NCBI GenBank assembly: GCA_001777575.1
Contig: MFEL01000008.1
Location: 42,634 to 106,633, forward strand
Direction of reading: 5' to 3'
Length of the DNA stretch: 64,000 bases
DNA from: Candidatus Doudnabacteria bacterium RIFCSPHIGHO2_01_FULL_46_24
Lineage (GTDB): Bacteria; Patescibacteriota; Doudnabacteria; UBA920; O2-02-FULL-48-8
Of the stretch, positions 20,006 to 28,443 are shown piece by piece (position 1 is the stretch's first letter; every line of letters starts with the position of its first letter). The notes beneath the pieces are model-generated. The model searched no databases. It saw nothing but the letters and a program-made list of their open reading frames with translations, and was not told the origin of the DNA. Both the position numbers and the translations under genes were made by a program.

Positions 20006-21124
20006 CTAGAAAATTCTCTGGAACAAATTTTTGAAGTTTTCGCTATAGCGGCTGACGTCCTTGATAGTGACCAGAACCATCAAAAGCAACAGCAGGCCGA
20101 AGCCGATGGTGTTGGCTGCCTGTTCGGCTTTGGCCGGGAGTTTTTTACGGCGGATGGTTTCGATGGCTAAAAACAAGACCCGGCCGCCGTCCAGGGCAGG
20201 AAACGGAACGGCGTTGATTACCGCCAGGTTGATGGAAAGCAGGGCGGTGAATTGCAGAATATAAATAAAGCCAAGTTCAGCCACATCTCTGGTCAGCACC
20301 GCAATTCCCACCGGTCCTGACACAGCCACAGCCACAGACGCGCCCTGAAGCCAGGAGCCAATCACTTCAGCAAACGCCGATATCGTGACGCCGACCAGGC
20401 TGAAAGCGGAAACAAACCCGCGGGGCAATAATTGGTACCAAGGGTAAGAAACTCGCGCCACCATTGCCAGACCTATGCCCAAGGGACCCTGACCCTCCGG
20501 CGGATTTTCCCTGGGCACTAAGTTTTTTTCAAATGTCGAATCTCCGCGCCTGATTTCATACACTGTCTGTCTCCCAACATTCTGCCGCGTCAGCTCCTGC
20601 AGCTGTTCAATGCTGGCAATGATTTCGCCTCCGACTTTGATAATACTGTCCCCGGCCTTGATCCCTACTGACGATGCCGGAGAATCAGCAGCTAAATCTA
20701 TGATTGTAATCGACGGGTTTTTAACCCTGGCCGAGGCAGGCAAGCTTTCGCCTTCATGAATCACGGTCGGCAAACCCAAACCTAAGCCTATTGCGATTAA
20801 AATCCAGGCCAAAACCACGTTCATCGACACTCCGGCGACTAAGACAAAAAATCTCTGCCAAGCGGATTTGTTGGCAAAACTTTTGGAGTCTTGGGATTCA
20901 GCCCCATCTTCGCCGGTAATTTTGACGAAACCGCCCAGTGGAATCCAATTGATCGAATAAATGGTTTCGCCTCGTTTAATCCCGAAAAATCTGGGCGGAA
21001 AGCCAAACCCGAATTCTTCCACGCGCATGCCGGCCCGTTTGGCCATAATAAAATGCCCCAGTTCATGGACAAAAACCAGGAGGCCAAGGATTGCTATAAA
21101 AATGATAATCGTGAGTAGAATCAT
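20006..21124 (-). CDS. rseP: RIP metalloprotease RseP (S2P, PDZ)
   Basis: HELGH, IPLGGFV, PDZ, NAVPFPALDGG. Confidence 0.95.
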   Translation of the reverse strand: MILLTIIIFIAILGLLVFVHELGHFIMAKRAGMRVEEFGFGFPPRFFGIKRGETIYSINWIPLGGFVKITGEDGAESQDSKSFANKSAWQRFFVLVAGVSMNVVLAWILIAIGLGLGLPTVIHEGESLPASARVKNPSITIIDLAADSPASSVGIKAGDSIIKVGGEIIASIEQLQELTRQNVGRQTVYEIRRGDSTFEKNLVPRENPPEGQGPLGIGLAMVARVSYPWYQLLPRGFVSAFSLVGVTISAFAEVIGSWLQGASVAVAVSGPVGIAVLTRDVAELGFIYILQFTALLSINLAVINAVPFPALDGGRVLFLAIETIRRKKLPAKAEQAANTIGFGLLLLLMVLVTIKDVSRYSENFKNLFQRIF

Positions 21125-21133
21125 GCAGTAATG

Positions 21134-21231
21134 CGTTATTCGTCGGCGCCACGCGTATCGTCTTACGGCTTACGTTTTGCGGCCGCTTACCGTTTAACGC
21201 TTACCAATACGCGCCGCGCTGCCGTTAAACG
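21134..21231. repeat. ~98-nt GC-rich hairpin element (family C) between frr stop and rseP start
   Basis: cgttattcgtcggcgccacgcgtatcg ... caatacgcgccgcgctgccgttaaacg; homologous to 27655-27752. Confidence 0.9.
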
Positions 21232-21236
21232 TTTAA

Positions 21237-21791
21237 CTAAATGGTCAATACTTCCTTCTCTTTCGCTTCTGCTAATTTTTTAATCTCCTCGTTAAACTTG
21301 TCCACCATTTTCTGCAAATCCTGCTTTGAGGAAATTTTATCGTCTTCCGAAATTTTTCCGTCTTTTTCCTGCTTCTGGATGTCCTTCCAAATTTCCTCGC
21401 GGATGTTGCGGATAGAAACGCGAGTTTTTTCCGCCAATTGCGCCACGATTTTTACCATCTCCTTTCTTCGCTCCTCAGTCATCGGCGGGATGTTGAGCCT
21501 GATGTATGTTCCGTCATTGATGGGATTGATGCCAAGATTGGAAGTCTGGACTGCTTTTTCGATATCTTTCAGCGCGTTTTTGTCATATGGCTGGATGGCG
21601 ATTGAGCGAGCTTCCGGCACCGTAATTTGGGCGATCTGAATCAGCGGCGTTTTGGCGCCATAATACTCAACCTCGAGATGCTCCACAAGCTGCGTGGAGG
21701 CGCGCCCAGTGCGCAGGGTTTTAAGTTCAGACTTAAAATACTGAACGGCTTTGGCAAATTCTTGTTCTTTTTTTGTGAGGTCAATGGTCAT
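21237..21791 (-). CDS. frr: Ribosome recycling factor
   Basis: LRTGRAS, VEYYG, PPMTEERRKE, RNIR. Confidence 0.97.
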   Translation of the reverse strand: MTIDLTKKEQEFAKAVQYFKSELKTLRTGRASTQLVEHLEVEYYGAKTPLIQIAQITVPEARSIAIQPYDKNALKDIEKAVQTSNLGINPINDGTYIRLNIPPMTEERRKEMVKIVAQLAEKTRVSIRNIREEIWKDIQKQEKDGKISEDDKISSKQDLQKMVDKFNEEIKKLAEAKEKEVLTI

Positions 21792-22840
21792 TTCTTATCT
21801 CCGAGTCCTAAATATACTATATTTCGCTCCTTGGGATCAATGGTCACGACCCTGATCGCCTGCTCGGTGCGCAATTCATTGGTCTCCCAGGTAATCGCGC
21901 CGTTTAGGCTTTTGAAAATAGTCGAGCCGATACTGACGAAAATATTGTTGGAATTGCCGGGGTTGACTGCCACTGCCGAAACTTTGAGTGCTTGATCCCG
22001 AACCGGCAGAGTCAGCATATTCCAAGCAGCGCCGTCATTGACCGTCCGGAAAAGCCCCTCCTCGCCAGCGAGGTAAATAACCCCGGTCTGCCGCAAGTCC
22101 AAGGCAAAATCATGAAACAGGGAAACATGCGGCAATGATCCCTGCCCCGTTGATATGTTGTCTGTGGTCAAACTGGAAGAGATAAGAGTCCAACTGTTGC
22201 CGGAATCCGTGCTCTTATAAAAACCTGATGTTCTGGCAAGCGCATAAACGGTGTTGAGATTGTTGAACTTGATTTTGATGATACGATTTTGGAAATCGCG
22301 CGAAGCCTGCCAGGTGTTGCCGGAATCGAAGGAACGAATAATCTCCCCGCTCGCCAACCCCCCGATAACCACGGAATTCGACACAGCTAAGCTCGTGACT
22401 GACACCGCTTTGGAAGGTTCGGTATAAGAATCCGTCCAATTCACGCCGCCATCCACGCTTTTGATAATCTTGCCATTGTTACCCGAGAGCCCGGCGGCAT
22501 AAACGGTGGTGGGTTTGCTCAACTCGACCGCAATGTCAGCAACCGACATTCCCGACAGCAAATATCTCCAGTTTTGGCCGCCGTTTTCCGTTTTATAAAT
22601 GCCGGAAGCGGAACCGAGATAAATCACCTCGGGATTCTTGGGATCAAAAGTCAGGGAATTGACGGAAACATTGTTGATGTTTCCCTTTTTTTCCAGCGCG
22701 TTTGAAGCCCTGAAACTCTCGCCGCCGTCTTCGGACTTAAATACACCGCGGCTGCCGGTCGTTATTGAAAACGGGTCAGCCAAATTACAGCTGGCGGCGA
22801 TGAATATCGTTGATAGGAGTGCCAATATGAATTTATGCAT
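21788..22840 (-). CDS. BNR/Asp-box (YCF48-like) beta-propeller lipoprotein
   Basis: Lipobox-like AASC, repeated SxDGGxxW motifs. Confidence 0.8.
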   Translation of the reverse strand: MHKFILALLSTIFIAASCNLADPFSITTGSRGVFKSEDGGESFRASNALEKKGNINNVSVNSLTFDPKNPEVIYLGSASGIYKTENGGQNWRYLLSGMSVADIAVELSKPTTVYAAGLSGNNGKIIKSVDGGVNWTDSYTEPSKAVSVTSLAVSNSVVIGGLASGEIIRSFDSGNTWQASRDFQNRIIKIKFNNLNTVYALARTSGFYKSTDSGNSWTLISSSLTTDNISTGQGSLPHVSLFHDFALDLRQTGVIYLAGEEGLFRTVNDGAAWNMLTLPVRDQALKVSAVAVNPGNSNNIFVSIGSTIFKSLNGAITWETNELRTEQAIRVVTIDPKERNIVYLGLGDKK

Positions 22841-23711
22841 TCAATTCATTATTAAGCATTAAGTTCGTCAGCACGAGCTTACTGTTGAGGTTTTGGTCGA
22901 GCAATAATGTGGTCGCCAACAGATTTCTAAGTTTGGCTGCGGTCGATACCGAAGGTTTGGTTTTCAATTCCTCAGCTAGTTTAACTGTCCAAAAATGAAT
23001 CTTTGAGTGAACCGTATCGTTCTCCTCATCCTCAAGCGCGGAGACCAAAAGAAGCCGTTGCATCTCATCAGTAGAAATAAGATCATTATATTGTGAATCA
23101 ATCTCGCTCAAATGCGCCAAAAAATCTTCATCGCTAGAAATGCGCATCGCAATCCCCGGTTGAGTCGGGGCGTAGGCGGCAATCAGTCTTTTTTGCTCTG
23201 ATGAAAGTTTGGCGGGAAGTAAATTTTCGTAATCCTTGAATTCCGCGCCGCCGAAAGTTATTTTCTGCAATCTCGAGGAAATGGTTTTAAGCAGGCGCTG
23301 CGGGTTGGCGGTGACCAGAACAATAACCGTGTAAGACGTGGGCTCTTCCAGGCTTTTGAGCAAGGCGTTTTGAGCCTCAACCGTCATGTTCTCCGCCTGG
23401 TCTATGATCGCAACTTTATAAGTCGCGCTGTAAGGCTTTAGGGATAATTTGTAAATCAATTCCCGCACCTGACCAATCTTGATTCCGCCTGTGCCATCCA
23501 GCTCTATAAGATCTGGATGGAACCTGTTGCTCTTGTCATCTCTACTCCCCACACCCAACTCCAAAAGCCTCTCCGCAAACCTCCTCGCCGCAGTCCGCTT
23601 GCCCACGCCCTCTGGCCCGGCAAATAAATACCCATGCGCAAGCTTGCCTCGACTTATGGCATTTTCCAAAAATTCCAGTTGTCTTTTGTGTCCGCAAATG
23701 TCTCCCCACAT
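22833..23711 (-). CDS. holB: DNA polymerase III subunit delta' without the Zn-finger cysteines
   Basis: HGYLFAGPEGVGK, HPD, AQNALLKSLEEP, TISSR; start reassigned to MWGDI. Confidence 0.88.
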   Translation of the reverse strand: MWGDICGHKRQLEFLENAISRGKLAHGYLFAGPEGVGKRTAARRFAERLLELGVGSRDDKSNRFHPDLIELDGTGGIKIGQVRELIYKLSLKPYSATYKVAIIDQAENMTVEAQNALLKSLEEPTSYTVIVLVTANPQRLLKTISSRLQKITFGGAEFKDYENLLPAKLSSEQKRLIAAYAPTQPGIAMRISSDEDFLAHLSEIDSQYNDLISTDEMQRLLLVSALEDEENDTVHSKIHFWTVKLAEELKTKPSVSTAAKLRNLLATTLLLDQNLNSKLVLTNLMLNNELNA

Positions 23712-23773
23712 ATTATTAATTTTAGCATTTTCTATCAGGATTGACAAAAGCCCCGCCAACGCCGGAGCGTCGC

Positions 23774-23814
23774 AACAAAAAACCAGCAAGCGAGAGCGCA
23801 TGCTGACTTTTGTT
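23774..23814 (-). terminator. Intrinsic terminator ending candidate ncRNA-2
   Basis: Minus strand aaagtcagca-tgcgctctcgct-tgctggtttt-ttgtt; stem with G-U pairs then U-tract. Confidence 0.7.
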
Positions 23815-23972
23815 AGGCCCAGTATATCAACTTCGATAAATGGTTTTATCCGCTTTTGCGGTCTACTATAACCAAGCTCTCGGTTATAGTTGATGAAAGA
23901 TCAGGCATTGATCGATCCGACCATTTGAACGCAAAAGCGATCGAAGTTGTATTACTGGGTAGGCTTAACCTC
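23815..23972 (-). ncRNA. Unidentified structured RNA candidate 2 (closing stem plus pseudoknot)
   Basis: 23940-23959 pairs with 23818-23837; 23930-23939 with 23851-23860 (10 bp perfect); 23920-23926 with 23838-23844 (crossing); two inner hairpins; own promoter and terminator. Confidence 0.65.
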
Positions 23973-23976
23973 AGCC

Positions 23977-24005
23977 ATTTTCGCAAAAGCAAACTTAGGC
24001 GTCAA
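23977..24005 (-). promoter_or_regulatory. Candidate sigma70 promoter for ncRNA-2
   Basis: TTGACG-17 nt-GAAAAT with TG extended -10. Confidence 0.5.
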
Positions 24006-24029
24006 TCAGGATAAGTGGAAAAAATGTTA

Positions 24030-24060
24030 GTAAAAAGCCACCTCATCGGTGGCGTTTTAC
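24030..24060 (-). terminator. Intrinsic terminator ending candidate ncRNA-1
   Basis: Minus strand gtaaaac-gccacc-gatga-ggtggc-tttttac. Confidence 0.75.
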
Positions 24061-24270
24061 ATACAGATCGGTGTGGTACTGATTTGTCAGCTTCGCCCTT
24101 ACGAACTCCACTGACCGAAGGAAAAGGTCCAAGAGGTTTCCCTTACTTGTTTGACACCGAAGACATTTCTTCTTCAGCGTACCTTTACTAACCAGTATCT
24201 CTTGATCCATCGAACAGCCTTTTTAGAGCCGTCCTGCTTCGCAAGGGTTGCCCCTTACGAAGACCATGGT
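24061..24270 (-). ncRNA. Unidentified multi-junction structured RNA candidate 1 (~210 nt)
   Basis: At least 7 helices with G-U pairs on the minus strand, GNRA loops (GCAA, GAAA), near-consensus promoter and terminator. Confidence 0.7.
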
Positions 24271-24276
24271 AGGAAC

Positions 24277-24305
24277 ATTCTAACTAGGGTAAAAAATCAC
24301 GTCAA
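24277..24305 (-). promoter_or_regulatory. Sigma70 promoter for ncRNA-1
   Basis: TTGACG (24300-24305)-17 nt-TAGAAT (24277-24282). Confidence 0.75.
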
Positions 24306-24320
24306 ATATTTTTTCAATTA

Positions 24321-24351
24321 CAAAAAATAGCCACATTTGCAGGCTTTTTTG
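24321..24351. terminator. Probable terminator downstream of mreB2
   Basis: caaaaaatagcc-acatttgca-ggcttttttg. Confidence 0.5.
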
Positions 24352-24385
24352 TCAGGCTGTGAATAAGCTGTGCCTATCAAGAGGA

Positions 24386-24448
24386 TAATATCTTAATATC
24401 TATAATATCCCAATATCGATATTAGGATACTAAGATATTGGGATATTA
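24386..24448. repeat. Inverted array of AATATCYY octamers overlapping the mreB2 stop
   Basis: taatatcttaatatctataatatcccaatatc | gatattaggatactaagatattgggatatta. Confidence 0.85.
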
Positions 24449-25453
24449 TTTGCTCGCCAATATGCTGCGCTTATAACTCTCCAAGTTTTCCAGTGCCACA
24501 CCCGTTCCTTTGGCTACGCATAAAATAGCATCATCAGCCACATAAGCAGGTACGCCGGTGGATTGGCCAATCAGACGCTCAATGTTCCGCAGGAGCGCCG
24601 TACCGCCAGTTAGAACCATGCCTTTATCAATGATATCCGCGGCCAGCTCCGGCGGCGTTTCCTGCAGGACGGTTCTTACGGCTTTGATGATTTCGCGCAG
24701 TTCTTCCTGGATGGACTCGACAACCTCATTGGTCGAAACCTGTACGGTTTTGGGCAGGCCCTGAATCAAATCCCGGCCGCGAATCTCGATCGTGGTTTCT
24801 TTATCCACGGGCAAAGCCGAGCCAATTTTGATTTTTATCTCCTCAGCCGTACGATCCCCGACCGCCAAGCCATATTTGCGGCGAATATATTCAGCAATAG
24901 CCTGGTCAAGCTTATTACCAGCCACGCGCACGGACGTCTGGGTCACAATTCCGCCCAAAGACAGCACCGCAACATCAGTCGTGCCCCCGCCAATATCGAT
25001 AATCATGTTACCGGAAGGCGTCGAAATATCTATTCCAGCACCTATGGCAGCAGCCACCGTCTCTTTAATGACATAGGCGGCCTTGGCGCCAGCTGCGGTA
25101 GCGGCGTCCACCACGGCGCGGCGCTCAGTCGATGTAATGCCGCCTGGCACAGAAATCATGACTTCCGGCCGGAAGAACCGGATATTGCCCGCCGCCTTGT
25201 TGATAAAATACCGCAACATGGCCTCGGTTACGCGGTAATCCGCAATCACCCCGTCCTTCATGGGCCGGTGCGCCACGATGGTGTCCGGGGTTCGGCCAAG
25301 CATCTCTTTGGCTTCCGCGCCCACAGCCAAAACTTTGTTGTCAACGGTTGAAATAGCCACCACTGTTGGCTCATTGATGATAATGCCTTTTTTCGGCACG
25401 AAGACTAAGGTATTAGCTGTGCCTAAATCTATGCCGATTCTCTTTAGAAACAT
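24446..25453 (-). CDS. mreB: Second MreB/Mbl-family actin homologue
   Basis: [24 protein letters not shown]. Confidence 0.95.
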   Translation of the reverse strand: MFLKRIGIDLGTANTLVFVPKKGIIINEPTVVAISTVDNKVLAVGAEAKEMLGRTPDTIVAHRPMKDGVIADYRVTEAMLRYFINKAAGNIRFFRPEVMISVPGGITSTERRAVVDAATAAGAKAAYVIKETVAAAIGAGIDISTPSGNMIIDIGGGTTDVAVLSLGGIVTQTSVRVAGNKLDQAIAEYIRRKYGLAVGDRTAEEIKIKIGSALPVDKETTIEIRGRDLIQGLPKTVQVSTNEVVESIQEELREIIKAVRTVLQETPPELAADIIDKGMVLTGGTALLRNIERLIGQSTGVPAYVADDAILCVAKGTGVALENLESYKRSILASK

Positions 25454-25460
25454 AGTTATA

Positions 25461-25525
25461 AATTATTTTATTACGAATTCCGGATTAACGAATTGTCAAT
25501 CCGCAATCCGTTAATTCGCAATTAA
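25461..25525. repeat. Inverted array of TTA(A)CGRAT-like units (family B) between murA stop and mreB2 start
   Basis: aattattttattacgaattccggattaacgaattgtcaatccgcaatccgttaattcgcaattaa; homologues at 55736 and 56970. Confidence 0.85.
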
Positions 25526-26775
25526 TCAATTCTCTTGATATCCGCGCCCAAGCTTTGCAGTCTTTCTTCTAATCGCTCATACCCCCGATCAATATGCTCC
25601 ACTCCGCCTATCTCGGATTGTCCAGTGGCCACCAGAGCCGCAATTATCATGGTCATACCCATCCGAATGTCAAGGCCTATTATTTTAGCACCATGCAGGG
25701 GAGTAACACCAGCGATCTTTACCTGATGGGAGTCTAACACTTCCGCGTTGGCACCCATTTTTTTAAGCTGTTGGACATAGCTGAGACGGTTCTCGTAAAG
25801 CCATTCGAAAATATAAGATTCACCTTCGGCCTGCGTGGCCAGCACGGCCATGGGCGGCATGTCGTCTGAAGCCAACTTAGGATACAACCCGCTTTGGATT
25901 TTAGAGCCAGTATAAGGCTTTTGGGACGGCGACACATGGATATAATCTTTTCCGGTTTCAAAATTTACATGCATCTGCCGCAGTTTCAGCAAAAAATCTT
26001 CCATAAATTCCGGATTCAATCGGGAAATGACCACGTCGCTTTTGGTAGCTGCGGCCAAGGTAATAAAACCGGCAGCCTCGTTGGAATCCGGAATAAGTTC
26101 GGCGGTGGCGCCATGAAGCTCAAGCGCGCCTTCCACGACCAAAGTCGGCGACCCGATGCCGGAAATCTTGGCCCCCATTCTGTTCAAAAATTCGCACAAA
26201 GCCTGGACATGCGGCTCCATGGCCGCCAGTTTGATTATGGTTGTCCCCGAGGCCAAAACCGCGGCCATTAACGCGTTTTCCGTGGCTGTGACCGATGATT
26301 CAATTAAAACGATTTTATTGCCTGTTAATTGCTCGCAGTTAAGCTCAATGCCGTTTCCCTGCCTCACCTCGGCTCCTAAATCCTCAAAAGCGCGCAAATG
26401 GGCATCCACGGGCCGTTTGCCGATCAAATCGCCGCCTGGCAAAATCATGGCGGCTTTTTTCTTCCGGGCCAACAAAGGCCCCAAAAGCAATATGGATCCG
26501 CGCAATTTGGCAGCCAAATCCGGATTAACTTCGGTCTTGGAAAGTTTTGCGGCCCTGATGCTGAGGCGGTGATCTCCCAAACTGACTTCTGCGCCCAAAT
26601 CCGAAAGCAATGACGCCATGGTTTCCACATCGCGGATTTTGGGCACATTGGTCAATATGCACTCGTCCGCCGTCAAAAGGCAGGCCGCCATCATGGGCAA
26701 AACCGCGTTCTTTGACCCCGCGACTGTTATTTCCCCGTTTAGCGGTTTATTGCCGTTTATAATAAATTTAGCCAT
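25522..26775 (-). CDS. murA: UDP-GlcNAc 1-carboxyvinyltransferase
   Basis: GSKNAVLP, LPGGDLIGKRP, SVTATEN, DIRMG, IDRGYE; start reassigned to MAKFI. Confidence 0.95.
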   Translation of the reverse strand: MAKFIINGNKPLNGEITVAGSKNAVLPMMAACLLTADECILTNVPKIRDVETMASLLSDLGAEVSLGDHRLSIRAAKLSKTEVNPDLAAKLRGSILLLGPLLARKKKAAMILPGGDLIGKRPVDAHLRAFEDLGAEVRQGNGIELNCEQLTGNKIVLIESSVTATENALMAAVLASGTTIIKLAAMEPHVQALCEFLNRMGAKISGIGSPTLVVEGALELHGATAELIPDSNEAAGFITLAAATKSDVVISRLNPEFMEDFLLKLRQMHVNFETGKDYIHVSPSQKPYTGSKIQSGLYPKLASDDMPPMAVLATQAEGESYIFEWLYENRLSYVQQLKKMGANAEVLDSHQVKIAGVTPLHGAKIIGLDIRMGMTMIIAALVATGQSEIGGVEHIDRGYERLEERLQSLGADIKRID

Positions 26776-26824
26776 ATATAAGCTTGGGTATTTTAACAAA
26801 AAATAGTAAAATAATGAATAGCTT

Positions 26825-27652
26825 ATGAAACTGCGAAATCGGCTATTACTTGTAGGTTTCGGGGTGGTGGTATTCCTAATTGTAACCCCGGCTCTAATCA
26901 TGTTTGCTCGGGGTTTTAAGTTTGACCTGCAAAGTTGGCAATTGATCAAGACCGGGACTCTGGTGGTGAGAACCGAGCCGGAACATGCCACGGTCTTTAT
27001 CGACGATAAGCCGCAAAAAAATTTGACTCCTTTGACCATCCGATTCCTCTTGCCTGGCGATTATGTCATCCGCATCGAAAAAGAGGGTTACAGTTCCTGG
27101 ACCAAGCGACTTTCAATCAAAAGCCAGCTGGCGACCTGGGCCAACGCCAACCGCGAATTTATTACCCTTTTTCTTAAGCAACCCCAGCCGGAAACACAAG
27201 CCGAAGTCCCAAAAAATGAAGCCTTCCCAATTTCGGAGGGTTTAATCCAGGCGGGCCAACTCAGCTTCACTCTCCAGGATTCAATCCTCTTTAGACAAAA
27301 CCCGGGCTTAGAAAAAATTTATGAACCGGTCAGGGAAGCCTATTGGGATGATGAATCTAAAAGGATTGTATTATCCAATAATAACGAAATTTTGCTTCTC
27401 GACCCCCTCAATGACAGCCCTGATCTTATCCTCCGCAGCGTTTCGGAAATCAGAAATGCCAGGCTCAACTGGCATACCGGCTACATGTTTTTCCAAAACG
27501 AAGGCCGGATCAAAGCCATTGAACTGGATGGCCGGGATCACCGGAATGTTTATACAATCACAGATGCCGGGGTAGATTTTACGATAGATGAAAAAGGCGA
27601 GAGGCTGTATGTGATGGGTCAGACAGAGGTTAAGGAATATCGGATACGGTAA
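26825..27652 (+). CDS. PEGA-domain membrane-anchored protein
   Basis: N-terminal TM, 'VRTEP..ATVFID....TP....LLPGDYVIRIEKEGY..W' PEGA pattern. Confidence 0.8.
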   Translation: MKLRNRLLLVGFGVVVFLIVTPALIMFARGFKFDLQSWQLIKTGTLVVRTEPEHATVFIDDKPQKNLTPLTIRFLLPGDYVIRIEKEGYSSWTKRLSIKSQLATWANANREFITLFLKQPQPETQAEVPKNEAFPISEGLIQAGQLSFTLQDSILFRQNPGLEKIYEPVREAYWDDESKRIVLSNNNEILLLDPLNDSPDLILRSVSEIRNARLNWHTGYMFFQNEGRIKAIELDGRDHRNVYTITDAGVDFTIDEKGERLYVMGQTEVKEYRIR

Positions 27653-27654
27653 AT

Positions 27655-27752
27655 CGTTGTTCGTCTGCGCTTGCGCGTATCGGTGAACGTCAAACGTCAA
27701 GCGGCCACATAACGCCGCCGTCAGACGATACGCGCAGCGCTGCCGTTAAACG
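27655..27752. repeat. Family C hairpin element, second copy
   Basis: cgttgttcgtctgcgcttgcgcgtatcg ... cgatacgcgcagcgctgccgttaaacg; fills the gap between two convergent stop codons. Confidence 0.9.
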
Positions 27753-28160
27753 CTAAGTGCTTTCATCCAAAGCCTCATTGACTAGCTTATCCGCCAGTTT
27801 ATTTTTTTCCCGCGGAACATGCTTATATTCCACGCTCAGAAACTTGTTCGAAAGCTTAAAAACCTCGGCAGCCAAAAGTTTCAGTTCTTGCTCTTTTACT
27901 TTGTACTTGCCGGTCAGCTGGCGCACCACCAACTCTGAATCCAAAAAACAGGTTAATTCTTTGGCTTCTAAACTTTCAGCTTCTTTGAGGCCTCGGATCA
28001 AAGCCTGATATTCAGCCTGGTTATTTGTGGCATTGCCAATATGCTCGCCTACTTGGCGCAAGGGCTTCTCGCCAACGCCATAAATCACCACCCCAATCGC
28101 CGCCGGCCCGGGATTCCCCCGCGCCCCGCCATCCGTGTAGATTGTAATCTTATTTGGCAT
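27753..28160 (-). CDS. rnhA: Ribonuclease HI (RNase_HI_like)
   Basis: YTDGGARGNPG, TNNQAEY, DSELVV, NKLADKL. Confidence 0.92.
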   Translation of the reverse strand: MPNKITIYTDGGARGNPGPAAIGVVIYGVGEKPLRQVGEHIGNATNNQAEYQALIRGLKEAESLEAKELTCFLDSELVVRQLTGKYKVKEQELKLLAAEVFKLSNKFLSVEYKHVPREKNKLADKLVNEALDEST

Positions 28161-28263
28161 AATTTTTAGTGTCAAAGATGCCCTTTGACACTAAATCTTG
28201 GTTCAACGAGCCGGAACGCCCGATTTTTTGCAATTTTCTGATTGAATTTACAGGTCTGGCCAT
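28150..28263 (-). pseudogene. Truncated AbrB/MazE-like regulator gene
   Basis: MARPVNSIRKLQKIGRSGSL matches MARPINNIRKLTKIGRSSL of 38384-38563, then runs into a hairpin. Confidence 0.7.
28165..28195. repeat. Perfect 13-bp-arm hairpin upstream of rnhA
   Basis: tttagtgtcaaag-atgcc-ctttgacactaaa. Confidence 0.85.
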
Positions 28264-28408
28264 AAATTACGTAACAAATTATATAATTATCTCTATAATT
28301 ATAGTTTAGCATATTTGTGCTATAATCTCTCTGCCCAAAGCCTTGCTGCCCCACAGGCCCATGTGTCTGCCGGCGCGTTTTTTTTATTCCACTAAAAACA
28401 GAGTCTTT

Positions 28409-28437
28409 TTGACAAAATTGTCAAGAGAGGATAGAAT
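28409..28437 (+). promoter_or_regulatory. TA operon promoter with an operator-like inverted repeat over the -35
   Basis: TTGACA-17 nt-TAGAAT; ttgacaa-aa-ttgtcaa at 28409-28424; ATG 7 nt after the -10. Confidence 0.75.
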
Positions 28438-28443
28438 TTAAAT

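Noticed and set aside
23542-23562. Heptamer-like tract (ctactcc ccacacc caactcc) replacing the holB Zn finger
   Set aside because: Only three degenerate units; could be chance, although its position in a variable loop parallels the lysS case
24226-24270. Group II intron domain V (gagccgtcc... on the + strand)
   Set aside because: The 3' half does not give the D5 bulged stem, and the G-U pattern favours the opposite strand
23774-24305. tmRNA, RNase P RNA or SRP RNA
   Set aside because: No tRNA-like GGGG...CCA ends, no GAGGAAAGUCC/ACAGAA..CGGCUUA pair, no SRP domain IV motif recognisable by eye; an Rfam search is still needed
24355-24372. Replication origin suggested by the DnaA-box-like tgtgaataa
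   Set aside because: Only one or two imperfect boxes, no dnaA/dnaN nearby, no switch in gene strand
26776-27039. N-terminal extension of murA in the ORF track
   Set aside because: Overlaps the divergent PEGA gene; homology starts at MAKFI (26775). Similar over-long starts were trimmed for holB, mrdA, mreC, secY, rpsS and rplD
28321-28390. Small RNA or tRNA fragment after a TATAAT
   Set aside because: No cloverleaf or stable stem found; insufficient evidence
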